Shown here: positions 28,927 through 38,597 of the stretch, one piece after another | How positions within the stretch are numbered: the stretch's first letter is position 1 | Layout of the letters: every line of letters starts with the position of its first letter | DNA from: Gemmatimonadaceae bacterium | Lineage (GTDB): Bacteria > Gemmatimonadota > Gemmatimonadetes > Gemmatimonadales > Gemmatimonadaceae | Reading direction: 5' to 3' | Assembly: GCA_019637355.1 (NCBI GenBank) | Contig: JAHBVT010000001.1 | Location: forward strand, 1,145,192-1,209,191 | Length of the DNA stretch: 64,000 nt | The notes under the pieces: model-generated | The model's input: only the letters and a program-made list of their open reading frames with translations | What the model was told of the DNA's origin: nothing | Databases searched by the model: none | Position numbers and translations under genes: made by a program

Positions 28927-29965
28927 CGAGGTCACTTCCAGGGTCGAGCACCGCGCCAACGGTGCCGGCGAGAATCGCCAAGTCACTGCGCAGATCCCAA
29001 CTGCGCACATAACGCAGCTCCATCTCCGCACGCGCCGGATACCCCACGTGGTGGCGGCCGTTCACCGCCCAGGCGCCCGTCATTCCGGGGCGCACCGAAA
29101 GCAAGAGGCGCTCGGAACCGCGATAGTGCTCCAACTCATCTTCCACCACCGGCCGCGGGCCCACCAGCGACATCTCGCCCACCAGCACGTTGAACAGCTG
29201 CGGCAACTCGTCCAGCGAGCTGCGACGCAGCAGCCGCCCCAGCCGCGTCACCCGCGGGTCTAGGTCGTCGGGCAGCTTGTAGTTGTTCTGCCGGTACAGC
29301 TGCTTCAGGTCGGCGTCAGCGGCCAGCACACGCTCGGCGTCGTCCTGCATCGTCCGGAACTTGAGACAGTCAAAGACGCGCCCGTTGCGACCGACGCGGC
29401 GATGGCGGAACAGGGCGGGGCCGGGGGTCTCGAGACGAATCAGGGCCGCAATGGCGAGCAGCAGCGGGGCTAGCAGCACAAGGCCGAGTGCTGCCGCCGT
29501 GCAGTCCACCGCGCGCTTGAGCGCCGACTGAAACCTGCTCTGCCGATGCTGCGCGAGCTGCACCAGCGGCGCCTCGCCCTCCCACACCACCCGCGGACGC
29601 TGCCCAGCGACCAGCTCGCTGGGCATCACGGCCAGCAGACGGCAGCTGTGCAGCAGGGACAGGTCGCCCACCGCGCGCATCGTCTCGACGCCGATCGGCC
29701 CGGCCACCATCACGATGCCGGCGTCGTGCTCGATGAGCAGGCCGTGAAGCGACTCGGCGTGGGCGCGCACATCCTCGTCTTCCTCGCCCACCGTCACCGC
29801 TCCCACGATCCGGAACCGCTCGCTCATCGCCGGGTGCTCCAACGCACGCGGGATGTCCGCCGCCTTCCCGACCACCACCACCGAGTCGTTACTCTTCAAC
29901 GAATACACGGACCGACTGCGGACCACAGAAGGCGGGCGCGATACGGGCGTCTGCTCGGGTGTCAT
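28919..29965 (-). CDS. Second priming sugar transferase (bacterial sugar transferase domain)
   Basis: Motifs KRAVD, LKFRTM, DPRVTRLGRLLRRSSLDELPQLFNVL.GEMSLVGPRP, RPGMTG.W.V. Confidence 0.92.
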   Translation of the reverse strand: MTPEQTPVSRPPSVVRSRSVYSLKSNDSVVVVGKAADIPRALEHPAMSERFRIVGAVTVGEEDEDVRAHAESLHGLLIEHDAGIVMVAGPIGVETMRAVGDLSLLHSCRLLAVMPSELVAGQRPRVVWEGEAPLVQLAQHRQSRFQSALKRAVDCTAAALGLVLLAPLLLAIAALIRLETPGPALFRHRRVGRNGRVFDCLKFRTMQDDAERVLAADADLKQLYRQNNYKLPDDLDPRVTRLGRLLRRSSLDELPQLFNVLVGEMSLVGPRPVVEDELEHYRGSERLLLSVRPGMTGAWAVNGRHHVGYPARAEMELRYVRSWDLRSDLAILAGTVGAVLDPGSDLDG

Positions 29966-30082
29966 CGGGTGGGGTGGGTGGAGTCAAGAAGCGGACCCAG
30001 AAGGTACCAGTTAGCGCCCCCGGCGACAATAAGGAATGTTGCATAAGTGGTGTGACCTAGGACACATAGCTATCCTCGACCT

Positions 30083-31474
30083 GTGCTAGCCCTCGCTCTC
30101 CTCCTCCAGACGGGTGTTGCAGTCCCACCCGAAGCGCCTGACCGCGAGCCCCAGTGGCCGCGGCTTGAGGCGGTGTCGGCTCGGGTCGTCCAGAACAGCG
30201 ACTTCCCTTGGGCGCCGGCAAATGGGCCGGTCTGGACGGGCCGAGGCACGACTGTCTCGCTCTCCGCCTCGGGATCCTGGCGCTGGCGCTGGCTCTCCGC
30301 TCGCCTGGCCCCGGTGCTCTGGCAGGCCCAGAACTCTGAGGTGGCCCTGATTCCCGGCGCGGGAACGCCCGGGAGCCCGTTTGCCGACCCGATGCGGCCC
30401 CGGGGCATCGACCTCCCTCAGCGCTTCGGTCCCTCCAGTGTGGGCCGGATTGACCCCGGTGAATCGGCCCTCGAGGCGCAGGCCTTCGGCCTCCGTGCGG
30501 CCTTCACCTCGGCGCAACGCAGCCTCGGGGTCTCGGACCACCACTCGATCCTGATGAGCCCCACGGCTCCGGGTTTTCCGCGCATCGAGCTGGGCACTGC
30601 GCGGCCCTGGGCGACTCCGTTGGGCGACTTTCAGGGCACGCTCGCTGCGGGAAGGCTCGCCCAGACGCCCTGGGCACCCCAGCGCCGAGTCGGCGCGCGC
30701 AGCGGGACCTTCATCGAGGGCCGCTGGCGGCCCTTCCGCTCGCCAAGGCTCGAACTCGGTGTGGCCCGATTCTACCACCAAGATTGGCAGGGCTGGCGGC
30801 TCGGCGATTTCGCCATCCCATTCGGCTCGCTGTTCTTTGACGACCAGCGATTCGGCAACGGCGCTCCGGACAACCAGCTCGCCTCGCTCTTCGGCGCGCT
30901 GCGCCTCGACGAAATCGGCCTCGAGCTCTGGGGCGAGTTCGGGAAGAACGACCGCTCGACGGACCTCCGCGACCTCGCCCTGGAGTTTGAGCACACCACG
31001 GCCTGGCTGGTCGGCATCAAGCGCAGCTGGGCCGGGGCGGGAGACCTGCGCTGGGAGTTCCACGCTACGGCCGCCTCTGGCAGGTTCCCGGCATCGGTGC
31101 TGTTCCGCCCACCGGTCGAGACGTTCTACGACCACAACATCCTCACGCAGGGGCACACGCACCGTGGACTGCTGCTCGGCTCGTACCTGCTCGAGCGCAA
31201 CGGAGGAGCCGAGTTGCGACTGGATCGCATCTCCGATGCGCAGCACTTGACCTTCCGGCTTGCCTCCCGCGACCTGAATCAGACGCGTGGCGTGATCGTG
31301 CCCGAGGCGCGGCTCCGGCAGGAGTGGTCCGTCGTCGCGGACTGGACCCGCAAGCGCAGCGACCGCCTCGACCTGTTTGTCCGCGCAGGCCTCGTGGCGG
31401 ACATCAACCGGCACCCCACGCGCGGCGACGCGTACAACGCCGTGCTCGCCACTGGGGTCACCTGGCGCCCCTGA
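30083..31474 (+). CDS. Wzi-like capsule-assembly outer-membrane protein
   Basis: Signal-like N-terminus; motifs ILMSPTAPGFPRI, DNQLAS, THRGLLLG; beta-rich; C-terminal aromatic residue. Confidence 0.6.
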   Translation: MLALALLLQTGVAVPPEAPDREPQWPRLEAVSARVVQNSDFPWAPANGPVWTGRGTTVSLSASGSWRWRWLSARLAPVLWQAQNSEVALIPGAGTPGSPFADPMRPRGIDLPQRFGPSSVGRIDPGESALEAQAFGLRAAFTSAQRSLGVSDHHSILMSPTAPGFPRIELGTARPWATPLGDFQGTLAAGRLAQTPWAPQRRVGARSGTFIEGRWRPFRSPRLELGVARFYHQDWQGWRLGDFAIPFGSLFFDDQRFGNGAPDNQLASLFGALRLDEIGLELWGEFGKNDRSTDLRDLALEFEHTTAWLVGIKRSWAGAGDLRWEFHATAASGRFPASVLFRPPVETFYDHNILTQGHTHRGLLLGSYLLERNGGAELRLDRISDAQHLTFRLASRDLNQTRGVIVPEARLRQEWSVVADWTRKRSDRLDLFVRAGLVADINRHPTRGDAYNAVLATGVTWRP

Positions 31475-31521
31475 CGCCTACGCCGTTGCTGGGGACCCGC
31501 GGGGCAGGTTACGCTTGTCGG

Positions 31522-32106
31522 ATGCGGATTCCCGTCTTCATCGCTGCGGCGCTGCTCGCCTCCGCGCCGATCGCCAGTGACGCCCAAGGCGCCCCCCTCC
31601 GCCCCGGCGACCGCATCCTCGTCACGCTCCGCGACACCTCCGACATCGCGACCGTCCGTCACGACGGCCGCGTCGTCCTCCCGATTGTCGGTACACTCTC
31701 CCTCGTCGGCCTCGCCCCCGCAGCCGCCGAAGACAGCATCACCCGCGCCTACGCCGCCTTCACCCGCCGCCCCGACATCCGCGTCTCCGCCCTGCGCCGC
31801 ATCACGGTGCAAGGCGCAGTCCGCCGCGCGGACGTCCTCTACCTCGATGCCACGTCCGGCCTCGCCGAGGCGCTCGCGATGGCCGGCGGCGTTTCCGAGA
31901 CGGGCCACCTCGGCAAGGTGGATCTCTTCCGCAACGGGCAATCCGTGGGCCGCTACGACGCCCGCACGCCGGCCACCACCGGCGTCGCACTTGAGAGCGG
32001 AGACCTCATCCTCGTCGGCGAACGCTCCTGGTGGAGCCGCAACCCGGGCGTGATCGTCTCCATCGTCAGCTCGCTGCTCACCGTCGCCGTGGTGCTCGCG
32101 CAATGA
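31522..32106 (+). CDS. Short polysaccharide biosynthesis/export (OPX) protein with one SLBB domain
   Basis: Motifs LRPGDRILV, DGRVVLPIVG, LAEALAMAGG, LESGDLILV. Confidence 0.82.
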   Translation: MRIPVFIAAALLASAPIASDAQGAPLRPGDRILVTLRDTSDIATVRHDGRVVLPIVGTLSLVGLAPAAAEDSITRAYAAFTRRPDIRVSALRRITVQGAVRRADVLYLDATSGLAEALAMAGGVSETGHLGKVDLFRNGQSVGRYDARTPATTGVALESGDLILVGERSWWSRNPGVIVSIVSSLLTVAVVLAQ

Positions 32107-33494
32107 CCGACGGCAGCGCCGACCTCGAGATTACCGACCTCTCCCGCGCGATCGTGCGGGGCGTGAAGACAATCGCGATTTGCGCCGGCGTGGGCCTCGT
32201 GGCCGCTGCGCTGGTGCTCGCGTTTGCCCCCGTGCGCTTCGACGGCCGCGCGATGATCCTCGCCCGCACCAAGCAGGCCTCGGTGGGCGGCGTGGTGCGC
32301 GAGCAGTTCGGCGCGCTGGCCCACCTGGCCGGCGATGCCCTCGGACTCGGCGAGGGCGGCGACCCGATCAAGACGGAAATGGCGCTGCTGCAGAGCCGCG
32401 CCCTGCTGGGGGATGTAGTCGATTCGCTGGCGTTGCAACTGCGGCAGGGGCGCGTGAATCCGCTCTCGCTGGGGATGCTGCCGCCCGCCGAAGGCCGCTT
32501 CGCCCCGCGCAAGATCAACGCCGGCGACGCGGGGATGGTGAAGGTGGTGGACCGCGAGGACGCGATCGACGACCTCCGCAAGCGTCTTACGGTGCGCATC
32601 TACGGCGGCGAGACGATCGAGATCAGCTATCGCTCGCGGGATTCGCTCTCGGCCGAGTTGGTGCCGAACCTCGTGGCCCAGCGCTATCTGGAGCGGCGGC
32701 GCACGGTGGACCGCGGGCTCAATCAGCGGCGGGCGGAGTTCCTGGAGGCGCAGGTGGATTCGGTGCGCCGAGCGCTGTCCGAGGCGGTGGATGTCGCGAG
32801 GCAGGAAGCGCAGCGTGGCGCGGGTGTGGCGGCGGAGGCCTACGAGGCCTCGGAGCTGGAGCAGCGCACGGCCTTGCAACTGCGCCTCGCCGAGACCCGC
32901 GCTGAGTTGGGCGCGCTGGAGGCACTGCTGCGCGACGTGGCCGCCAACGATCCGCAGCGCATCGCCGGCTTCCCGGCGCTGCTGCGCTCGCCGGCGGTGA
33001 ACGAACTGGTGGCCGAGCTCGGCCGCCGCGAGACCGAGCGCACGCTGCTGCGCGCCTCGGCCACCGACCGCGACCCGCGGGTGCAGGCCCTCGGCGAGGC
33101 CATCGAGGGCCTGCGCGCCCAGCTCGTGCCGATGGCGCTCACTTACGCGGGCGCGCTCGCGCGTCAACAGGACGCCTACGAGCAGCGCATCGCCGAGTCC
33201 GAGGCGCGCGGTCGCGCACTCCCGGCCTCGGCGGCGCGGGCGCTGCTGGCGCAGGTGGAAGTCGAACGGCTCACCAAGCTGCACCTCGCCCTCGGCGCAC
33301 AACTCCTCGAAGCCCGCCTCGCCGCCCTCGGCGAGGGCGGCGACGTGCGCATCGTGGACCGCGCCGTCGCACCGCGGAAGGTGAGCTTCCCGCGCCGCGG
33401 CATCACGCTCGCGGTCGGCCTCGCCGCCGGCCTCGCGCTTGGCCTCATCCTGGCCCTCATCCCGTTGATGGGAGCCCGGCCGGCGGAGAGCTAG
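32103..33494 (+). CDS. Polysaccharide co-polymerase (GumC/Wzc-like, no kinase domain)
   Basis: N- and C-terminal TM segments, coiled coil, VRIVDRAVAP...FPRR. Confidence 0.8.
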   Translation: MTDGSADLEITDLSRAIVRGVKTIAICAGVGLVAAALVLAFAPVRFDGRAMILARTKQASVGGVVREQFGALAHLAGDALGLGEGGDPIKTEMALLQSRALLGDVVDSLALQLRQGRVNPLSLGMLPPAEGRFAPRKINAGDAGMVKVVDREDAIDDLRKRLTVRIYGGETIEISYRSRDSLSAELVPNLVAQRYLERRRTVDRGLNQRRAEFLEAQVDSVRRALSEAVDVARQEAQRGAGVAAEAYEASELEQRTALQLRLAETRAELGALEALLRDVAANDPQRIAGFPALLRSPAVNELVAELGRRETERTLLRASATDRDPRVQALGEAIEGLRAQLVPMALTYAGALARQQDAYEQRIAESEARGRALPASAARALLAQVEVERLTKLHLALGAQLLEARLAALGEGGDVRIVDRAVAPRKVSFPRRGITLAVGLAAGLALGLILALIPLMGARPAES

Positions 33495-36017
33495 GTGCGC
33501 ATCGGCACGCGCGGACTGGCTGCCGCCGCGGCCATCGGACTGGCCTTGGGCAACCTGGGCCGCGTGCCGGGCATCTCGATCGGCGGGCGCGGCGGCGCGA
33601 TCAGCCTGCTGGACCTCACGTTGATTCCGCTCTGGCTGCTGCTGCTGGTGACGCTGGGGCGGGGCACGCGGCGCTGGCGGCTCGATGCTTTCTCACTGGC
33701 GGGGCTGGCCTTCGTGAGCGTCGCCGCGCTGAGCACCGTGCTCGCGGGCCCCAAGTGGCAGCTCGGGCTGGGTGAGCACGCGGGCGTGGCGGCCTTCTTG
33801 CTGCGCTGGGTGCTGTATGCGGGCTGGTACCTGCTCATCGTCACCGACCCCGAGCCCGACGACGCCGGCCGCGCCGCCTGGGGGATGATGGAGAAGGCCG
33901 TCGTCGCCGTGCTCCTGTTCGGATTCTTCCAAAGCGCCTTCCTGCCCAACTTCGCGATGCTCACCGAGGGCATCACCGGCCTGACCTTCGACTACCAGGG
34001 CCGCCGCCTCGTGAGCACGATGCTGGATCCGCACTTTGCGGGCGGCCTGTTGATGATCCTCCTGCTGATGCGCGTGGCGCTGGAGGCCGAGGGCATCCGG
34101 ACGAATCGCTGGCTGCTGCTGGGGCTGGTGCTGGGGCTGTTGCTGACGCTCTCGCGCGCGTCGTGGCTGGCGCTGCTGCCGGCGCTGCTGGTGATCGCGG
34201 CGGCGCATCGGTTCCGCGGGCCGTTGATGCGGCTCGGGCTTGTCGGCGGCGCGGTGACGCTCGCGCTCTTGCCGGGCCTGCTGTGGTTCGGCGGGCAGTT
34301 CAACAAGTTCGAGGTCGACGGCTCGGCGTTGATGCGCTTCATCCCTTGGCTGCGGGCGGGCATTCTGGTGCGCGATAACCCCGTGCTTGGCGTGGGATTC
34401 AATGCCGCTGGGCCGGCGCAGCGCGCGTACGGGTGGGAGACCTTCGGCGGCGCGAGCGTGTCGATGGACGGAGGGCTGTTGTTTATCGCCGTGATGACGG
34501 GCCTGCTGGGCCTCACGGCCTTCGTGTGGATGCTCTGGGCCTTCTTTGCCGCGGCGCGGCGGTCGTGGCGTTCGCCCAGCGTGCCGGCGGAGCGGCGGGC
34601 CTTCGCGCTGGGCGGCTGGGCGGCGATGGTGGCGATCCTCGTGCACTCGATGTTCGGCAACGACTTGCTCATTCCTTGGCTGATGCTGCCGCTGTGGATC
34701 GTGCAGGGTCGCGTGTTGGCGACGGCGCCGCGGGCGGTGCCGGCGGCTGGGCTGCGCTCTCTTGGAATTGTGCCGGCCGCGGGGCTGCGCGCGCCTGTGA
34801 TGCTGCTCGTGCTGGCCGGCCTGCCATTTCTCGCCGCCTGTGATCCCTGCGCCGGTGTGGCCGGGTGCCGTGTGGAGGCGCAGCGCGGTCTCACCGGGAC
34901 CATTGTCCGCGCCGAGGGGCAGACGCCGCGTGCGGGTGTGGCCGTGTTCGTCGGCACGCTGTACACCGAGACCGACGCCGCCGGCCGCTGGGTACTCAAC
35001 ATTCCTGGCGCCACCGACACCACGGTGACCGTCACCGTCGCCGCGCCCGGCGAGCCGCCGTATGAGATCGCGAATGTGGCCGTGCGCAGCTCGCGCGTGG
35101 CCGGCGAGGCGCAGGAGCTGGGGCTGTGGTACGACCGTCCCGTGGTGAACTACGTGGCCGGCGTGGCGCGGGGCAGCACGCTGATTCCCGGCGTCAACGT
35201 GCGCTTCACCACCGACTCCGCGCTGGGCGGGCACGTGTACGAGGGCAGCGCGCCGGGCGGCTACTTCTGGCTCAAGGGCCTTGCCGATGTCGTCGGCCCC
35301 GTGCGCGGCACGCTGCGCCTGCAGGGCGGGGGGCTGGGCACGCGCAACTATCCCGACGTCACCATCCTCGCCGACCACAAGGTGGAGCCCGAGCGCATCC
35401 GTGGCACCTTCCAGGTGGATGTGAAGGCGGCGTACGGCGGCAACGTGATCCATCGCGGCAATGGAACGACTACGCCAGGCGCCACCGTGCGCTTCACCCG
35501 TACCGGCGGTGTGCCGCTGGTCACGAGCCCCGTGACCACCACGACTGTGTCCAACGGGTTCTTCGTGATCGAGCTCGAATACCAGGGTAAGGGCGAGACC
35601 ATCGGTACGCTCACCATCACGCCGCCCACCGGCACCGCCTACACCTACCCCGACTTCCGCTTCAGTACCTACGACTCCACCGCGATCCGCTACATCGGCC
35701 TCGTCGCGCACGGCCACCGCTGGGAGTACCTCGCCCGCGTGGCGCGCGAGAGCGATTCCACCGCCATCGCGTGGACGCCCTTCACGTTCACGCGTACCTC
35801 TGGCCTCGCGATCACGCCCAACACCTTCAACGGGATGACCAACGGCCAGGGTGAGTTCTTCATCAAGGCCAGCGTCAGCGGTACCGGCTCCGTGACCGGC
35901 ACCGTGACGTTCAACCCCGTGGGGCAACCGTCGTTCTCGGGCGGCAGCTACACTCTGAGCACCTACGCCGGCGACGTGCCGCCGCTGCTGCCTGTGCGTT
36001 ACGTCGCCGTGCCGTGA
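33495..36017 (+). CDS. O-antigen ligase/Wzy_C membrane protein fused to a lipoprotein-like beta-rich extracellular region
   Basis: Motifs RLVSTMLDPHFAG, TLSRASW, NPVLGVGF and HSMF, then an internal MLLVLAGLPFLAAC lipobox and Thr/Gly-rich beta-sandwich-like repeats. Confidence 0.75.
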   Translation: MRIGTRGLAAAAAIGLALGNLGRVPGISIGGRGGAISLLDLTLIPLWLLLLVTLGRGTRRWRLDAFSLAGLAFVSVAALSTVLAGPKWQLGLGEHAGVAAFLLRWVLYAGWYLLIVTDPEPDDAGRAAWGMMEKAVVAVLLFGFFQSAFLPNFAMLTEGITGLTFDYQGRRLVSTMLDPHFAGGLLMILLLMRVALEAEGIRTNRWLLLGLVLGLLLTLSRASWLALLPALLVIAAAHRFRGPLMRLGLVGGAVTLALLPGLLWFGGQFNKFEVDGSALMRFIPWLRAGILVRDNPVLGVGFNAAGPAQRAYGWETFGGASVSMDGGLLFIAVMTGLLGLTAFVWMLWAFFAAARRSWRSPSVPAERRAFALGGWAAMVAILVHSMFGNDLLIPWLMLPLWIVQGRVLATAPRAVPAAGLRSLGIVPAAGLRAPVMLLVLAGLPFLAACDPCAGVAGCRVEAQRGLTGTIVRAEGQTPRAGVAVFVGTLYTETDAAGRWVLNIPGATDTTVTVTVAAPGEPPYEIANVAVRSSRVAGEAQELGLWYDRPVVNYVAGVARGSTLIPGVNVRFTTDSALGGHVYEGSAPGGYFWLKGLADVVGPVRGTLRLQGGGLGTRNYPDVTILADHKVEPERIRGTFQVDVKAAYGGNVIHRGNGTTTPGATVRFTRTGGVPLVTSPVTTTTVSNGFFVIELEYQGKGETIGTLTITPPTGTAYTYPDFRFSTYDSTAIRYIGLVAHGHRWEYLARVARESDSTAIAWTPFTFTRTSGLAITPNTFNGMTNGQGEFFIKASVSGTGSVTGTVTFNPVGQPSFSGGSYTLSTYAGDVPPLLPVRYVAVP

Positions 36018-36087
36018 GGCGCGCCAAGCGCCGGGACGCAGTGACACAAGGCCTCGTAATTCGCTCGCCCCTTCGCGCGAGGATCCA

Positions 36088-37314
36088 ATGAGGCGCGGCG
36101 TCGCGCTCAATGCGCTGGGTTGGGGCCTGCCCGCACTCGTGGCGCTGGCTTCCGTGCCCGCCCTCACGCGCACGCTCGGACCCGAGCGCTTCGGTCTCCT
36201 CGCCCTCGCCTGGGCCGCTGTCGCCGCCTTCGGTCAACTCGACCTCGGACTCGGCCGCGCCACCACCTTCCTCGTCGCCTCCAAGCGCCTGCCGCGCGAC
36301 GCCGTCGTCGCCGGTTCTGGTGCCTGGGTGTGGCTGCTCTTCGGCCCCGTCGCGCTGCTCGGCTACGCGCTCGCGCCGTGGTTGGCAGCGTCGGTGCTCG
36401 ACGTGCCCGCCGAGTTGCAGGATGAAGCACGCGGTGTGCTGCGCATCCTCGCACTCACCGTGCCCGTGGCCGTGCACGGTGTGGTGCTGCGCGCCGCGCT
36501 CGAGGGCGAAGCGCGCTGGGGCCTCGCCAACGCCCTGCGCGCGCCGATGGGGCTCGTCACTTGGGGCGGTCCGTGGCTGGTCTCGCTCGTCAGCAGCGAC
36601 CCGCGCCATCTCGCGCTGGTGATCGCCGCCGGCCGCACGGCCTATTGGCTGGCGCAGTGGGGCGCGCTGGGCTGGGCCACCCGCGCGCCGGCGATGCGTC
36701 CGCTCCTCGAGGCCGGCGGCTGGATGACCGTCAGCGGCATCGTCGCGCCCGTGCTCAACCTCGCCGACCGCGCGCTCGTGCCCGCACTCGTGCCCATCGC
36801 CGCCGTCGGCTGGTACGTGGGAGCGGGGGAGGCCGCCAGCAAGCTGTGGATCGTCGCGACGGTGCTGCAGCCGGTGCTCTTTCAGGCGATGACCGCCGCC
36901 CGCAGCCGCGGCGAACCGCTCGGGCCGCTGCTGCGGCGCGGCCTGCTCTACACACTCGGGCCGCTGTCGCTGCCGGTGCTCGTGGTAATCGTCTCCGGCG
37001 AGCCGCTGCTGGCGATGTGGCTGGGGCCGAGCTTCGCTCCCGCGGCCGCGACGGTGTTCGTGTGGTTCACGCTGGCGGTCACCGCCAACTCACTGGCGTT
37101 GGTGGCGTATGCCGCGCTGCACGCGGATGGGCAGGCGAAGCCGGTGGCGGTGCTGCATCTCGTGCAGTTGCCGGTGTACGTGGCGCTGCTCGCGTGGGCG
37201 GCGCTGCACTGGGGCGCGCTGGGGGCGGCGGCGGCGTGGAGCCTGCGGCTCGTGCTCGATGCGGCTGCGCTGTGGTGGCTCTTGCATAGAACTGGAGCGC
37301 GCGCCTCGCACTAG
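36088..37314 (+). CDS. Wzx-like oligosaccharide flippase
   Basis: Motifs LGPERFGLL, DLGLGRA, DRALV, WGALGAAAAW. Confidence 0.85.
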   Translation: MRRGVALNALGWGLPALVALASVPALTRTLGPERFGLLALAWAAVAAFGQLDLGLGRATTFLVASKRLPRDAVVAGSGAWVWLLFGPVALLGYALAPWLAASVLDVPAELQDEARGVLRILALTVPVAVHGVVLRAALEGEARWGLANALRAPMGLVTWGGPWLVSLVSSDPRHLALVIAAGRTAYWLAQWGALGWATRAPAMRPLLEAGGWMTVSGIVAPVLNLADRALVPALVPIAAVGWYVGAGEAASKLWIVATVLQPVLFQAMTAARSRGEPLGPLLRRGLLYTLGPLSLPVLVVIVSGEPLLAMWLGPSFAPAAATVFVWFTLAVTANSLALVAYAALHADGQAKPVAVLHLVQLPVYVALLAWAALHWGALGAAAAWSLRLVLDAAALWWLLHRTGARASH

Positions 37315-37391
37315 GGCTCTCTTCTGGCAACACCCCTGAAACCTCGGTATCGTGACGTGCCGTCGCTGTCGCTCTGCGCTACATTTCAGGC

Positions 37392-37709
37392 ATGATCGCT
37401 CCGGCTCCTTCCCGCTCCGATGTGCAGGCTCGCATCCAGGCTGTCCGATCCGAAATCTTCGGGTTGGGCGTCCGGCGCTTGGCGTTGTTCGGCTCGATTC
37501 GCCGAGACGCGGCGCGGCCCGACAGCGATGTCGACTTGCTCGTCGAGTTCGAACCGGAGCAGAAGACGCTCGCGCATCTCGTCGATCTCGGCGACCTGTT
37601 GGAATCGGTCCTCGGCCGACACGTGGAGCTCGTGACGGCGGAGGGCCTCTCGCCGTTCCTGCGCCCACACATCCTCGCCGACGCCGTGGATGTCGTACGA
37701 GCCGCGTGA
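37392..37709 (+). CDS. MNT minimal nucleotidyltransferase antitoxin
   Basis: LFGSIRR...[11 protein letters not shown]. Confidence 0.92.
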   Translation: MIAPAPSRSDVQARIQAVRSEIFGLGVRRLALFGSIRRDAARPDSDVDLLVEFEPEQKTLAHLVDLGDLLESVLGRHVELVTAEGLSPFLRPHILADAVDVVRAA

Positions 37710-38028
37710 GATTCTCCGGCACATTCTCGCCGAAGCCGATTTCCTGGTGGGGCTGCGCGCGACGTTGACGCGGCAGGCGCTCGAAGAAGACGAGATCCTG
37801 CAGCGCGCCGTGGTCCGGAGTCTCGAAATCATTGGCGAGGCGTCGAAGCGCGTGCCCGCCCAGATGCGCGACGCCAACCCCGCCGTCGAGTGGCGTGCGA
37901 TGGCCCGCATGCGCGACCGGCTCATCCACGACTATTTCGGCGTGGACCTCGACATCGTGTGGGGCGTGCTGCAATCGAACATTCCCGCGCTCCAGCACGA
38001 AGTGCGACGCATCATAGACGCACGATAA
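37690..38028 (+). CDS. HEPN (DUF86/HepT-like) ribonuclease toxin
   Basis: Motifs LEIIGEASK and the RX4H motif RDRLIHDYF. Confidence 0.92.
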   Translation: MSYEPREILRHILAEADFLVGLRATLTRQALEEDEILQRAVVRSLEIIGEASKRVPAQMRDANPAVEWRAMARMRDRLIHDYFGVDLDIVWGVLQSNIPALQHEVRRIIDAR

Positions 38029-38095
38029 CGACGCTTGCTGCCGACAGCCGCGGGTAAGGATGCAGCAGCAGCACACGGTATACGGACGCCGCCAA

Positions 38096-38366
38096 TTACG
38101 TGCGGACGAATCGAGCAAGCAGCTCTATGTTCCCCGCGTCTGCAGCCCGAAGTGCTCGCAGGTATTCCTGGCGCAGCTCCTGACTGTCAGCTTGCTTCGA
38201 CGCTGCGCCCCAACTGAATGGGGGCCGTCCCCTTCTGCGAAGCAGTAAGTCTGTTGCCTCTCGGGCGTGTCGTCCAGCGAATCCAGCCTCCCGTCATAGG
38301 CTCCAGGCGTGGCATCGCCTGCAAACGCGCATCGAGCTGCCGCCGAAGCATTTCTCTCGAGTTCAT
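38096..38366 (-). pseudogene. Deletion remnant joining the 5' end of mobile mystery protein A to the 3' end of mobile mystery protein B (Fic)
   Basis: From ATG 38366 (RBS GGAGG): MNSREMLRRQLDARLQAMPRLEPMTGGWIR. In a shifted frame from about 38276: GRHAREATDLLLRRRGRPPFSWG...ELRQEYLRALRAADAGNIELLARFVRT* (stop 38096-38098). Confidence 0.75.
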
Positions 38367-38597
38367 TGAGCCTCCAATCGGCAATATTCAGCTATTACTT
38401 AACGATTCGACGAGTGCAATTAAGCGATAGCTGTATTTTCTCTTGTGAATATTTTTGCTATGACTTTATTGATGGTCGCTGTAATGACCGGAAGTCGTTA
38501 TGTGACAACAGTGTATACACGTCTCGAAGCGTCGGAAGAAGTCACGCGCCGTTAGACTCTTCGTTCGCTGGAGGCTGGGAACCCTCGCTAGAAGACA

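Noticed and set aside
33693-36173. Long antisense or alternative-frame ORFs (e.g. 33693-36173, 2393-3997, 48991-50691, 46370-47938, 61048-62493)
   Set aside because: They are shadows of real genes in high-GC DNA, with Arg/Pro/Ala-rich translations and no family motifs.
38187-38384. 65-aa ORF as an intact gene
   Set aside because: Only its first ~30 codons match a real family; the rest is out-of-frame sequence of the deleted partner gene, so it is reported as a pseudogene instead.
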